DNA from: Actinoplanes sp.
GTDB taxonomy: Bacteria > Actinomycetota > Actinomycetes > Mycobacteriales > Micromonosporaceae
DNA length: 59,771 nucleotides
Assembly: GCA_035562875.1 (NCBI GenBank)
Contig: DATMVU010000678.1
Location: 1-59,771 of the forward strand
Direction: 5' to 3'
Shown piece by piece: positions 49,994 to 59,686 of the stretch (positions within the stretch are counted from its first letter, which is position 1; the number at the start of each line of letters is the position of its first letter). A program made the position numbers and the translations under genes. The notes beneath the pieces were generated by a model. That model had not been told where the DNA came from. It made no database searches and worked only from the letters and a program-made list of their open reading frames with translations.

Positions 49994-51352
49994 GTGCTGC
50001 TCACCCTGACGACCACGCGTGAACCCGCGACCGACCTGGGCTACCTGCTGGTCAAACACCCCGGCAAGGTGCATTCGTTCGACGTTCCGACCGGTACGGC
50101 GTATGTCCTCTACCCCGAGGCGACCGAACAACGGTGCACCGCCGCGCTGATGCTGGACGTGGATCCGCGACTGCTCCGGGCGCAACGGGACGCGTTCGAG
50201 TTGAGCCAGTACGTGAACGACCGGCCGTACGCCGCCTCCAGCCTGCTGGCCAGTGCTCTCGCCAAGGTGTTCCGCAGCGCTCTGCGCGGGGCTTCGAAGG
50301 ACCGGCCCGAGCTGGCCGCGACGGCGATCCCGCTGGAGGTGCGGGTGCCGGTGTTGCGCGGCACCCCGGACCTGGTGACCAGGCTGTTCGCGCCGCTCGG
50401 CTGGGCAGTGACGGCCGCTCCGATCCGGTTCGAGGCGGAGCTGGGCGGCGGCAGCCGGTACGTCGACCTGACGCTCACCGGCGAGCTGCGGGTCGCCGAC
50501 GCCCTCAACCATCTCTATGTGCTGCTGCCGGTGCTGGACGACGGCAAGCACTACTGGGTGGCGCCGGACGAGATCGAGAAGCTGCTGCGCTCCGGTGAGG
50601 GCTGGCTGGCCGAGCACCCGGAGAAGGTACTCATCGCCCGCCGCTACCTGGCGCACCGCAAGGCGCTGACGACCACCGCGTTGCAGGCGCTGGAGTCGGA
50701 TCTGCCGCCGGTCACCGAGGAGGAGGCCGAGCTGCCGGTGGTACGCCGGGCCCCGCTGGCCGAACAGCGCCGGGACGCGGTGCTGGCCGCGCTCACCGAG
50801 GTGGGCGCGGCCCGGGTGCTCGACCTGGGCTGTGGTGCCGGTGCGCTGCTGTCCGCACTGGTAAAGGACCGGGCGTTCACCGAGATCGTCGGTGCCGACG
50901 TGGCCACCCGTTCGCTGGAGCAGGCCGCCCGCCGGCTGCACCTGGACCGGCTCCCGGAGCGGCAGAAGGACCGGATCCGGCTGATCCAGACCGCGCTCAC
51001 CTACCGGGACGACCGGTTGCGTGGGTTCGACGCGGCGGTGCTGATGGAGGTCATCGAGCATGTCGACCTGCCCCGGCTGCCCGCGCTGGAGGCGGCCGTC
51101 TTCGGTCACGCCAAGCCCGGCGCGGTGGTGGTGACCACACCGAACGTGGAGTACAACGTGCATTACGAGGGCCTGACCGGGATGCGGCACTCGGACCATC
51201 GTTTCGAGTGGACCCGGGCCGAGTTCGCCGACTGGGCCGTCAAGACAGCGGCGGCGTACGGGTACACCGTGACGATCCGTGGTGTCGGCGAAGCCGATGA
51301 GACCACCGGCGCCCCCACCCAGCTCGCACTCTTCACGGCGGTGTCCGCATGA
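49994..51352 (+). CDS. hen1: 3'-terminal RNA ribose 2'-O-methyltransferase Hen1
   Basis: N-domain DLGYLL.KHP, QYVNDRPY, KHYWV; MTase VLDLGCGAG, EVIEH, RHSDHRFEW. Confidence 0.93.
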   Translation: MLLTLTTTREPATDLGYLLVKHPGKVHSFDVPTGTAYVLYPEATEQRCTAALMLDVDPRLLRAQRDAFELSQYVNDRPYAASSLLASALAKVFRSALRGASKDRPELAATAIPLEVRVPVLRGTPDLVTRLFAPLGWAVTAAPIRFEAELGGGSRYVDLTLTGELRVADALNHLYVLLPVLDDGKHYWVAPDEIEKLLRSGEGWLAEHPEKVLIARRYLAHRKALTTTALQALESDLPPVTEEEAELPVVRRAPLAEQRRDAVLAALTEVGAARVLDLGCGAGALLSALVKDRAFTEIVGADVATRSLEQAARRLHLDRLPERQKDRIRLIQTALTYRDDRLRGFDAAVLMEVIEHVDLPRLPALEAAVFGHAKPGAVVVTTPNVEYNVHYEGLTGMRHSDHRFEWTRAEFADWAVKTAAAYGYTVTIRGVGEADETTGAPTQLALFTAVSA

Positions 51353-53847
51353 TCATCGACGTTCCCGAGCTCGCGCTCGTCGCCCTGGTCGGCATCTCCG
51401 GCTCCGGCAAGTCCACGTTCGCCGCAAAGCACTGGAAGTCCACCCAGGTGCTCTCCTCGGACTTCTTCCGCGGTCTGGTCGCCGACGACGAGAACGACCA
51501 GTCGGCCTCCGCTGACGCCTTCGAAGTGCTGCACTACGTGGCCGGCAAGCGACTGGCGGCCGGTCGGCTCACCGTGGTCGACGCCACCAACCTGCAGTCG
51601 CACGCCCGGGCCGGCCTGATCAAGACGGCCCGCGAGCACGACGTGCTGCCGGTGGCGATCGTGCTGGACGTACCCGAGTCGGTGGCCTGGGAACGTACTC
51701 AGGGCCGGCCGGATCGTACGTTCGACCGTCGTGTTCTCACCCGCATGCACCGGGACCTGCGGCGCACTCTCGGGCAGCTGTCCCGGGAGGGGTTCCGCAA
51801 GATCCACGTGCTGCGCGGGGTGGACGAGATCGCGGCGGCCGAGATCCGCTACGAGAAGCTGTTCAACGACCGGCGGGACGAGCACGGCCCGTTCGATGTC
51901 ATCGGGGACGTGCACGGTTGCCGGGCCGAACTGGAATCGCTGCTGGTCAAGCTGGGCTGGGAGATCGTCCGGGACGATTCCGGCCGACCGGTGGACGCCT
52001 TCTCCAAAGACGGGAACCGGAAAGCCGTCTTCGTCGGTGACCTGGTCGACCGCGGGCCGGACTCGCCGGGTGTGCTGCGCCTGGTGATGGGCATGGTGGC
52101 GGCCGGGCACGCGATCTGTGTGCCGGGTAACCACGAGCAGAAGCTGGCCCGGAAGCTGAACGGGCGCAACGTACAGCTGACGCATGGTCTGCCGGAGACC
52201 TTGGCACAGCTGGAGGCCGAGCCGGCCGAGTTCGTGGCCGAGGTACGCACCTTCATCGACGGCCTGGTCAGCCACTACGTGCTCGACGACGGGAAGCTGG
52301 TGGTGGCACACGCCGGGCTGAAGGAGGCGTACCACGGGCGGGCGTCCGGCCGGGTGCGCAGCTTCGCGCTCTACGGCGAGACGACCGGCGAGACCGACGA
52401 GTACGGGCTGCCGGTCCGGTACCCGTGGGCCCGCGAGTACCGCGGTTCGGCAGCCGTCGTCTACGGCCACGTGCCCACCCCCACCCCGGAGTGGATCAAC
52501 AACACCATCTGCCTGGACACCGGCTGCGTCTTCGGCGGCTCGCTCACCGCGCTGCGCTGGCCGTCGCGCGAGCTGGTCACGGTGCCGGCCGCGAAGGAGT
52601 ACTACGCGCCGATCCGGCCGCTGGTCGCCGTCTCCGAACGGCCCGAGCAGGGCTTGGATCTCTCGGACGTCACCGGGCGGCGGCACATCGACTACGGGTA
52701 CGGGCGGACCACGGTCCCGGCCGAGAACGCGGCTGCCGCGCTGGAGGTGATGGGCCGGTTCTCGGTCGACCCGGAGGCCCTGATCTGGCTGCCGCCCACG
52801 ATGGCACCGTGCACCAGCTCGACGGTGGAGGGCTACCTGGAGCATCCGTCGTCCGCCTTCGCCGACCTGCGGGCCGCCGGGGTGGAGCGGGTGGTGTGCG
52901 AGGAGAAGCACATGGGCTCCCGGGCCGTGGTGCGGGTCTCCGTCTCCGGCGCGGGTGACGCGATCTGGACCCGGACCGGCCGCCCGTTCTTCGGCCCCGA
53001 ACTGGACGGCCCGCTGCTGGACCGGGTGCGGGCCGCGGCCGCCCCGATCCTCGCCGAGCTGGCGACCGATTGGCTGCTCCTCGACGCTGAGCTGCTGCCC
53101 TGGTCGGCCAAGGCGGGCAGCCTGATCCGGGACCACTACGCGGCTGTCGGTGCGGCCGGGCGGGCCGCGCTGCCGGCTGCCCTGTCGGTGCTGGAGCAGG
53201 TGGCCGGGCGCGGGCTCGACGTCACCGAACTGCAGGACCGGCTGCGGCTGCGGTCGGCGGAGATCGACGGCTACTCGGCGGCGTACCGGGCGTACGTGAA
53301 GCCGACCGACGGGCTGGACGGGGTCACCCTGGCTCCGTTCGCGGTCCTGGCCGGGGCCGGGATCTCGTACGCCGACCGGGATCACGACTGGCATCTGGCG
53401 CTGGCCGACCGGCTCGTCTCCGCCGACCCTCAGCTGTTCACCCCGACCCGGCGGATGATCGTCGACCTGGCCGATCCGGCCGCCGAGGCCGCCGCCACCG
53501 ACTGGTGGCTGACCATGACCGCGGCCGGTGGCGAGGGCATGGTGGTCAAGCCGTGGGCCGGGCTGGGCGCGACCGGCCGTGACGGACGTCTCGTCCAGCC
53601 GGGCGTGAAGTGCCGGGGGCGGGAGTACCTGCGGATCATCTACGGTCCGGAATACACCCGTTCCGAGCAGTTGGACCGACTTCGCCAGCGCAACCTGGGC
53701 CGCAAGCGGGCGCTTGCGCTCCGTGAGCACGGCCTCGGGCTGGCGGCGCTGGACCGGCTGGCCGAGGGCGCCCCGGCCTGGCGGGTGCACGAGCTGGTCT
53801 TCGCGATCCTGGCCGCCGAGTCGGAGCCCGTCGACCCCCGTCTGTGA
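51349..53847 (+). CDS. pnkp: Polynucleotide kinase-phosphatase-ligase Pnkp
   Basis: P-loop GISGSGKST; metallophosphoesterase GDVHG/GDLVDRG/GNHE; ligase EEKHMGSR, EGMVVKP, KCRGREYLRIIYG. Confidence 0.95.
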   Translation: MIIDVPELALVALVGISGSGKSTFAAKHWKSTQVLSSDFFRGLVADDENDQSASADAFEVLHYVAGKRLAAGRLTVVDATNLQSHARAGLIKTAREHDVLPVAIVLDVPESVAWERTQGRPDRTFDRRVLTRMHRDLRRTLGQLSREGFRKIHVLRGVDEIAAAEIRYEKLFNDRRDEHGPFDVIGDVHGCRAELESLLVKLGWEIVRDDSGRPVDAFSKDGNRKAVFVGDLVDRGPDSPGVLRLVMGMVAAGHAICVPGNHEQKLARKLNGRNVQLTHGLPETLAQLEAEPAEFVAEVRTFIDGLVSHYVLDDGKLVVAHAGLKEAYHGRASGRVRSFALYGETTGETDEYGLPVRYPWAREYRGSAAVVYGHVPTPTPEWINNTICLDTGCVFGGSLTALRWPSRELVTVPAAKEYYAPIRPLVAVSERPEQGLDLSDVTGRRHIDYGYGRTTVPAENAAAALEVMGRFSVDPEALIWLPPTMAPCTSSTVEGYLEHPSSAFADLRAAGVERVVCEEKHMGSRAVVRVSVSGAGDAIWTRTGRPFFGPELDGPLLDRVRAAAAPILAELATDWLLLDAELLPWSAKAGSLIRDHYAAVGAAGRAALPAALSVLEQVAGRGLDVTELQDRLRLRSAEIDGYSAAYRAYVKPTDGLDGVTLAPFAVLAGAGISYADRDHDWHLALADRLVSADPQLFTPTRRMIVDLADPAAEAAATDWWLTMTAAGGEGMVVKPWAGLGATGRDGRLVQPGVKCRGREYLRIIYGPEYTRSEQLDRLRQRNLGRKRALALREHGLGLAALDRLAEGAPAWRVHELVFAILAAESEPVDPRL

Positions 53848-53922
53848 TCGCCGAGTCACTTCCCGGATTGCACAGCATTCATTCAGGTATCGGCCCTACC
53901 AGGGCCGGTACCCTGGCTCCTC

Positions 53923-54951
53923 GTGGACATCCAAGCGCTCACCGAGCAGCTCGCTCTCAACCCGTTGGACCCGAAGGACCTGCTCTCGGCCTTCGGGTTG
54001 CCGGGTGTCCTGGCGATCCTGTTCGCGGAGACCGGCCTGCTCGCCGGCTTCTTCTTCCCTGGTGACTCCCTGCTGTTCCTGGCGGGCGTCGCGGCCTCGG
54101 AGGTGGCCAACTCGATCTTCGGTGAGGGCGCCCAGCTCAACATCGTCGGCTTGCTGATCGGTGCGCCCATCTGCGCCATCATCGGCGCCCAGTTCGGGCA
54201 CTGGCTCGGCGCGAAGTACGGGCGGCGGATGTTCGAGAAACCCGACTCGAAACTCTTCAAGAAGGAGTACGTCGAGAAGGCCGAGTACTACTTCGAGAAG
54301 TTCGGCCCGGCCAAGGCTGTGGTGCTGGCCCGCTTCATCCCGATCGTGCGGACGTTCCTGAACCCGGTCGCCGGCACCCTCGGCATGCCGGCCAAGCAGT
54401 TCTTCGTGTGGAACGTGGTCGGCGCCATCCTCTGGACCGACGGCATCATCCTGATCGGTTACCTGCTGGCCCAGCAGATCTACGACCTCGTCGGCGACCA
54501 CATCGACCGCTACATCCTGCCGGTCGTCGTGCTGATCGTGCTGATCTCGGTCCTGCCGATCGGGATCGAGCTCCTGCGGGAGCGCAAGGCGAAGAAGAAC
54601 GGCACGCACACCGGGCCGGAGATCGCCGAGAGCTTCGGTGTGGTCGGCGCGGCGACCGTCGCCGGGGTGGCCGACGCCGCCCGCGAGGAGTTCCACCACC
54701 ACCACCAGGGCCAGCCGCAGGAGCGCTACGACGAGGCGACGACGTTCCACCGGGCCGGTGGTGACTACGGCCAGCAGCCTCCGCAGCAGCCGCAGCCGCA
54801 GCCGCAGCGCCAGGGCACCGTCTACGGCCAGCCGCAGCAACACCAGCAGCCGCCGGCCTACCCGCAGCAGGGGCACCAGCCCACCCCGCAGAGCTATCCG
54901 CCGCAGCAGCAGTGGCAGCAGCCGCAGCAGGAGTGGCCGCCGCGCGACTGA
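53923..54951 (+). CDS. DedA/VTT-family membrane protein with Gln/Pro-rich tail
   Basis: FAETGL..FFPGDSLLF, LARFIPIVRTF. Confidence 0.9.
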   Translation: MDIQALTEQLALNPLDPKDLLSAFGLPGVLAILFAETGLLAGFFFPGDSLLFLAGVAASEVANSIFGEGAQLNIVGLLIGAPICAIIGAQFGHWLGAKYGRRMFEKPDSKLFKKEYVEKAEYYFEKFGPAKAVVLARFIPIVRTFLNPVAGTLGMPAKQFFVWNVVGAILWTDGIILIGYLLAQQIYDLVGDHIDRYILPVVVLIVLISVLPIGIELLRERKAKKNGTHTGPEIAESFGVVGAATVAGVADAAREEFHHHHQGQPQERYDEATTFHRAGGDYGQQPPQQPQPQPQRQGTVYGQPQQHQQPPAYPQQGHQPTPQSYPPQQQWQQPQQEWPPRD

Positions 54952-54962
54952 CCGGGAACACG

Positions 54963-54990
54963 AAAGGCCGGCCCGAGGGCCGGCCTTTTT
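54963..54990. terminator. Rho-independent terminator
   Basis: AAAGGCCGGCCC-ga-GGGCCGGCCTTTTT. Confidence 0.85.
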
Positions 54991-55000
54991 CGTACCCGCC

Positions 55001-55675
55001 TCACACCGTGACGGTGGTGGACCCGGAAAGCCTCTCCAGGAACTCCTCCGGGCACTCCCGCAGGTGGTCGAGCCGACCGGCGGTCAGCGCCCGGTACGTC
55101 AGCGACGCGGCCTCCTCCAGGTTGCGAACCCGCTTGTGAGCGAGCTCGACGGAGTCGGCCATCACCACGCAGCCGTGCTGACTGAGCACCAGACAGTCGG
55201 TGCCGTCGGCGGCCATCGCGGCGGTCAGGGCGGCCAGTTCGGTGGTACCCGGCAGCCGGAACGGCACAGTGGCCACCCGGCGCAGGTAGAAGGCGTGATC
55301 AGTGGTCACGATCCGGATGTGCTCGCCGAGAGCGTCGAGCAGCAGCGCCGTCTGCGGGTGCAGGTGCACCACGGCGTTCACGTCCGGCCTAGCGCGGTAG
55401 AGCGCGAGGTGCAGTGCCAGCTCACTCGTCGGTTCGATCCGGGCCGGCGGGACACTGCCGACAACGGCCGGGCCCCCGTCGGAGATCCGAACCGGCGCGA
55501 AGGTGTTGCGGCTGAGCCGTTCCAGCCATGATCCGCTCGCGGTGACCCAGATGGCATCCTCGCCGGGAATGCGAGCGGACAGATTGCCGCCCGATCCACA
55601 CACGAGGCCCGCCTGCACCACGTCGTAACCCACGTGCGCGAGCTGATCACGCAGGTCACCCGGGACGTAGTTCAC
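55001..55675 (-). CDS. Class II aldolase/adducin family protein
   Basis: GGNLSAR, PTSELALH, VVHLHP, QHG Zn ligands. Confidence 0.88.
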   Translation of the reverse strand: MNYVPGDLRDQLAHVGYDVVQAGLVCGSGGNLSARIPGEDAIWVTASGSWLERLSRNTFAPVRISDGGPAVVGSVPPARIEPTSELALHLALYRARPDVNAVVHLHPQTALLLDALGEHIRIVTTDHAFYLRRVATVPFRLPGTTELAALTAAMAADGTDCLVLSQHGCVVMADSVELAHKRVRNLEEAASLTYRALTAGRLDHLRECPEEFLERLSGSTTVTV

Positions 55676-55775
55676 CCGTTCCTCCTCAGGTCCGCCGGCC
55701 GTCGCGGGGCCGGGGTCCTAGGCCTGGCGTCACGCCCCCATACATATGTGACGCCAGGCATCAACCCGTACCGCT

Positions 55776-56153
55776 TCAGCGGGCCTTCTTGGTGGCCCGC
55801 TTCCGCGGCGGGGTCAGCAGGTCGGCGATGGTGGCGATAGCGGACGGCACCAGCCGGTAGTACGCCCACACACCCCGCTTCTCCCGCTCGAGCAGACCAG
55901 CCTCGGTGAGGATCCGAAGGTGGTGACTAACTGTGGGCTGCGAGAGACCCAGGGGGGCCGTCAGGTCGCAGACGCACGCCTCACCGTCCGTTGCGGACTG
56001 AATGAGGCTAAGCAGCCGTAGCCGGGCCGGGTCGGCGAGCGCCTTCAGCACTCCCGCCAGGCGCTCAGCGTCAGCGCGTTCAATAGGCTCGCCGGCAAGC
56101 GGCGAGATCTGAGGCATCGTCATTTCCGCCAACGCAGTTCCCACGGTCTCCAT
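55776..56153 (-). CDS. ArsR/SmtB family regulator
   Basis: LKALADPARL, ACVCDL, SQPTVSHHL. Confidence 0.9.
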   Translation of the reverse strand: METVGTALAEMTMPQISPLAGEPIERADAERLAGVLKALADPARLRLLSLIQSATDGEACVCDLTAPLGLSQPTVSHHLRILTEAGLLEREKRGVWAYYRLVPSAIATIADLLTPPRKRATKKAR

Positions 56154-56210
56154 CCTTCCACCAACTGCATCGATTCTCCTGCATGTCAGCAGGAACGAAC
56201 CGGCTAACTT

Positions 56211-56342
56211 TCAGGCCGTAAGGCCGACATCGATCGCCGAGACGGCCGACCCGAACACCCTCATCAGGTCCACCGATCGTGCAACGACGACTTCGGTCTC
56301 TGCCTCCTGCAACGCCTCAGCCGCCATCTGGTCGCTACCCAT
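56211..56342 (-). CDS. Possible small protein (43 aa)
   Basis: The 3' part of ORF 56211-56579 has high GC3; no recognisable motif. Confidence 0.35.
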   Translation of the reverse strand: MGSDQMAAEALQEAETEVVVARSVDLMRVFGSAVSAIDVGLTA

Positions 56343-56951
56343 CCGTGTCGAGCTCTCGATCCCCGCCCTCGGGGTGAGGCCGGCCACATTGCCAATTCGC
56401 CGATTCTTTCGAACCACCGATCTCCGGCGATGGCTCGGCACGGAACGCGTCGAGACCATCACGCCACACTGCGCGATCATCAGTTCGCCGCACACCCCAC
56501 GACCCGATGAAAGCACGACGCCACGCTGCGCGACGGACAATTCAGTGATGAATTTACCCAGGTCGTGCCGTGCTTCCATGACATCGAGCGTACTGGCTGC
56601 ACAAAAACTGGAATCTTTCGCCCCGCCGGGGCGGAACGGAACTATTGACGCGCGGCTTAGCGTTCTGCTGTAAAGAAACTTTACCGAACCACCGGTCGGC
56701 CTCGCCCCATCCTCGGACCATAGACGCTGCTCAAAGCAGGTAATGCCCGAAGGTTACCCGCGCCATCCTCAGGATCACCTGGTAGGCGCGCTGTGAAGAG
56801 GCTGTGAACCGACCCAATGACGTTTGTCCGTACGGGGCGTAAACATGCACCGTACGGCCGATCTCGATCTATCCGGACAGTCGATCGAGTGACACCGCCA
56901 GAAACAGACCGTACCCGTTCGAGTGACCCACAGTCGTCGATACGGAACCGC

Positions 56952-57677
56952 TCACTCGCTCGGTCGTGACCAGTACTCGTCTTCCTGGCCATGCGGCGAC
57001 TTCGGCAGAACCGTCCGATCTGAGAACTGATCGGGTTCGGACCCGCCAGTAACAAAAGTCTTCGTTTGTGGGGCAGCCCACTCCGCCGGGCTCGGCTGTT
57101 CCCCGAATGGGATCGGTGGCACAAAACCGGGTACGCCTGCGAAATACTCTCGCGGTGCCGCCAGTAGAAGCGCTCCCACGGTCAGGTATCCCACCACCTG
57201 CGCGACGGCCACCGCGAAGTTCAGCGTGATCCACCCGGACGGGTAAGCCTGATCCAGCGCCTCCCCGATCGAGCCGGCCACCGGGTCACCGGCCCGCTGA
57301 GCGGCCAGAACACCCAGAGTCCCGAACCCGGTCAGCAGGCCGAACGCACACACGCCCACCGCTATCGGACGAGCCGGGCGGCTACCCCGGCGCAACGCGA
57401 CCCCGAGCACCACGAACAGGGCCACGAAGAGCATCGCCAGCACCGGAGCCAGCGCACCGACCAGCCAGAGGACCGTGACGTAACTCTCCGCCGCACTGGA
57501 CCCGGACGTGGCCTCCCGGAACCGGCTCACCACACCCGGAGTGACCACGACCATGCTCACCGCATAGGTCAGACCGGCCGCGGCCATGGCCCAGAGCAGT
57601 GCGACAGCGGCGGTGACGGCGACCGGACGGGCCGGGCCCGGCACTGCCACAGGCGGCGGCTGGACGGCATACGACAT
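56952..57677 (-). CDS. Four-TM membrane protein
   Basis: RP..V..A N-terminus, 4 TM helices, Pro-rich tail; AGGAG RBS. Confidence 0.75.
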   Translation of the reverse strand: MSYAVQPPPVAVPGPARPVAVTAAVALLWAMAAAGLTYAVSMVVVTPGVVSRFREATSGSSAAESYVTVLWLVGALAPVLAMLFVALFVVLGVALRRGSRPARPIAVGVCAFGLLTGFGTLGVLAAQRAGDPVAGSIGEALDQAYPSGWITLNFAVAVAQVVGYLTVGALLLAAPREYFAGVPGFVPPIPFGEQPSPAEWAAPQTKTFVTGGSEPDQFSDRTVLPKSPHGQEDEYWSRPSE

Positions 57678-57737
57678 CGATGGCTCCTGTGGTCTCGGTT
57701 GGTAGGAAACCTATCGCGTACCGACCGGTGAAATGGC

Positions 57738-57771
57738 CGGACCGGTCCACCTCATGAGGTGGACCGGTCCG
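57738..57771. terminator. Perfect 34-bp palindrome
   Basis: CGGACCGGTCCACCTCA/TGAGGTGGACCGGTCCG just downstream of the 57787 gene stop. Confidence 0.7.
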
Positions 57772-57786
57772 AAATCGATCAGGCGG

Positions 57787-59133
57787 TTACGCCCGCGGCT
57801 CCGACGGCGGAGCGGCTGGCGGCTCGGGCGCGGCGGAAGGCGGCTCGACAGGCGCAGCGGTAGGCGGCGCGGGCGGTCCCGCGGTCTCCGAAGGCGCCGC
57901 GGTCTCCGAAGGCGCCGCAGTCTCAGCAGGCGCCGCAGTCTCAGCAGGCGCCGCAGTCTCAGCAGGCGCCGCAGTCTCAGCAGGTGCCGCAGGCGGAACC
58001 GGCGGGGACGCCCACGGATCACTGGCCGGCTCCGGAGAGGAGGGCCCGGCCGGCGACGAGGGCACCGGAAGCGGCGGCTGCGGAGCGAACGGCGACGGGC
58101 CGGCCGGGAACGGCTCCTGCGGCGACGCCCACGGGTCACTCGTCGGCTCGGACGACGACGGCGCGGCCGGCGACGTCGGCACCGGAGTCACCTGGGTGGC
58201 ATCCGGGGCCTGCGCCCACGGGTCGCTGGTCGGCGGTTCCGCAGAAGATTGCCCGGGGGCGGGGGCGGGCCGGCCCGGGTAGGGCTGCAGCCCCGGCGCG
58301 GGCTGACCGGGCTGACCATACTGCTCAGGCGTACCGAAGTGGCTGGGCGCACCCTGGTAGGGCGACGGATAGGCCTGCTGAGCAGCCGGGTAACCGGGAT
58401 ACGGCGGAACCGGCGCTCCGGGCTGAGCCGTGGGGTGACCGGGCTGAGCGGTCGGGTAGCCGGGCTGAGCCGTCGGGTAACCAGGCTGCCCTGTCGGGTA
58501 ACCGGGCTGCCCTGTCGGGTACTGACCCGGGTATTGCGGGTACGGCATCGCCGGGTTCCACCCCGCCGGCTGCCGGGTGAAGTACGCGTTCGACGCCGGC
58601 AGCGCCAGCAGGATGATCGCGCCGATCAGGGCGATCACGACGACCAGCGCGCTGAGGGTGCTGGCGGTGTCGTACCACCCGGGGAGGTCGAGCGCGAGTT
58701 CCGCGTCGAGCTGCTGCTGGTTGACGTTGCCGGCCTGGGCCAGGCCGGTGACCGCGGAGCTGCCCAGCCCGATCGTGGAGCAGCACAGGCCGAGGCCGCC
58801 GAAGATCCAGGTGGTGATCCGGGACCCGTTCTTGCCGAGGTTGTTGAAGATCGCGAGCACGACCAGCCCGATCGCGATCACGGCGTAGAGGATCGCGGTG
58901 CCGCCCAGCACGAAGCCGACGATCGAGTCGAGGTCGACCTCGGAGTCGCTGACGCCGTCGATGCTCTCGTAGGCGGTGGTGATCGAGTCTCGGATCGACA
59001 GGACCAGGACAGCGCTCAGGAGCTGCATGCCGGCGACCACGAATAGCAGAATTGATGAGATGGTCACCGTCGTCGGTCGCCTCGGGGCCGAGTCGGGGAC
59101 TTGATATGTCGGAACGGTCACACTGCCCTCCAA
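57787..59133 (-). CDS. Four-TM membrane protein with long Pro-rich repetitive C-terminal tail
   Basis: RRPTTVT, 4 TM helices, then QPGYPT, SDPW and AETAAP repeats. Confidence 0.8.
   Translation of the reverse strand: MEGSVTVPTYQVPDSAPRRPTTVTISSILLFVVAGMQLLSAVLVLSIRDSITTAYESIDGVSDSEVDLDSIVGFVLGGTAILYAVIAIGLVVLAIFNNLGKNGSRITTWIFGGLGLCCSTIGLGSSAVTGLAQAGNVNQQQLDAELALDLPGWYDTASTLSALVVVIALIGAIILLALPASNAYFTRQPAGWNPAMPYPQYPGQYPTGQPGYPTGQPGYPTAQPGYPTAQPGHPTAQPGAPVPPYPGYPAAQQAYPSPYQGAPSHFGTPEQYGQPGQPAPGLQPYPGRPAPAPGQSSAEPPTSDPWAQAPDATQVTPVPTSPAAPSSSEPTSDPWASPQEPFPAGPSPFAPQPPLPVPSSPAGPSSPEPASDPWASPPVPPAAPAETAAPAETAAPAETAAPAETAAPSETAAPSETAGPPAPPTAAPVEPPSAAPEPPAAPPSEPRA
57879..57990 (-). repeat. 18-bp tandem repeat (~6 copies) encoding (A/S)ETAAP
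   Basis: AGGCGCCGCAGTCTCAGC-type units on the plus strand. Confidence 0.85.
58425..58525 (-). repeat. 21-bp tandem repeat encoding (G/A)QPGYPT
   Basis: 4-5 degenerate units within the CDS. Confidence 0.7.
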
Positions 59134-59467
59134 TGGATCGATTCACGGTATCCGTCGCCCGCTAGATCCTGCGACCGAGCCTCACGGTTGGCGATGGTGT
59201 GGAAACATCGGGCAACGATGCACCAAATGACCGCAAAACGTCGCCCGTTCGGGTGGCGTCACGCCTCGACGGCGGCCCCTAGACTTCGATAGGTGGCGCC
59301 TACCTGGAAGCAGCTAGCTCCAGAGCACGCCGTGCCCGCACGAGTCGCCCGCCCCGCGCACACCGATCCGGGGCCGAGGCTGACCGACGGACGGCGCCAT
59401 CGACGAATAAGCCGGCCGCGTGACCACACCGCGGCCGCCCCAGACCTGACAAGGACCGGTGAGTCCC

Positions 59468-59644
59468 ATGCCCCACGCCGACACTCTCGACGTCGTGCAC
59501 CATGACGACACCAGGACGCGCTTCACCGACGTCCGGTACGAACTCCACCGTGACGGGATCAGGATCTGGTCCGCGGAGGGTGAACACGCCTTCACCGATG
59601 TGCTGATGACACAGGCCTACCGGCAACGGGAGGCGGACAGGTAG
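59468..59644 (+). CDS. Small hypothetical protein (58 aa)
   Basis: High GC3; ends just before a terminator. Confidence 0.55.
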   Translation: MPHADTLDVVHHDDTRTRFTDVRYELHRDGIRIWSAEGEHAFTDVLMTQAYRQREADR

Positions 59645-59652
59645 AGAAAGAT

Positions 59653-59677
59653 GCGGGGGCCTCGTCGAGGCCCCCGC
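59653..59677. terminator. Bidirectional terminator
   Basis: GCGGGGGCCTCG-t-CGAGGCCCCCGC. Confidence 0.8.
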
Positions 59678-59686
59678 TTCTTTCGG

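Noticed and set aside
57879-57990. Possible CRISPR array
   Set aside because: Head-to-tail in-frame coding repeat with no spacers.
57733-59046. Arg-rich repetitive ORF (RRRSLS repeats)
   Set aside because: Antisense reading of the AETAAP repeat in the real minus-strand gene.
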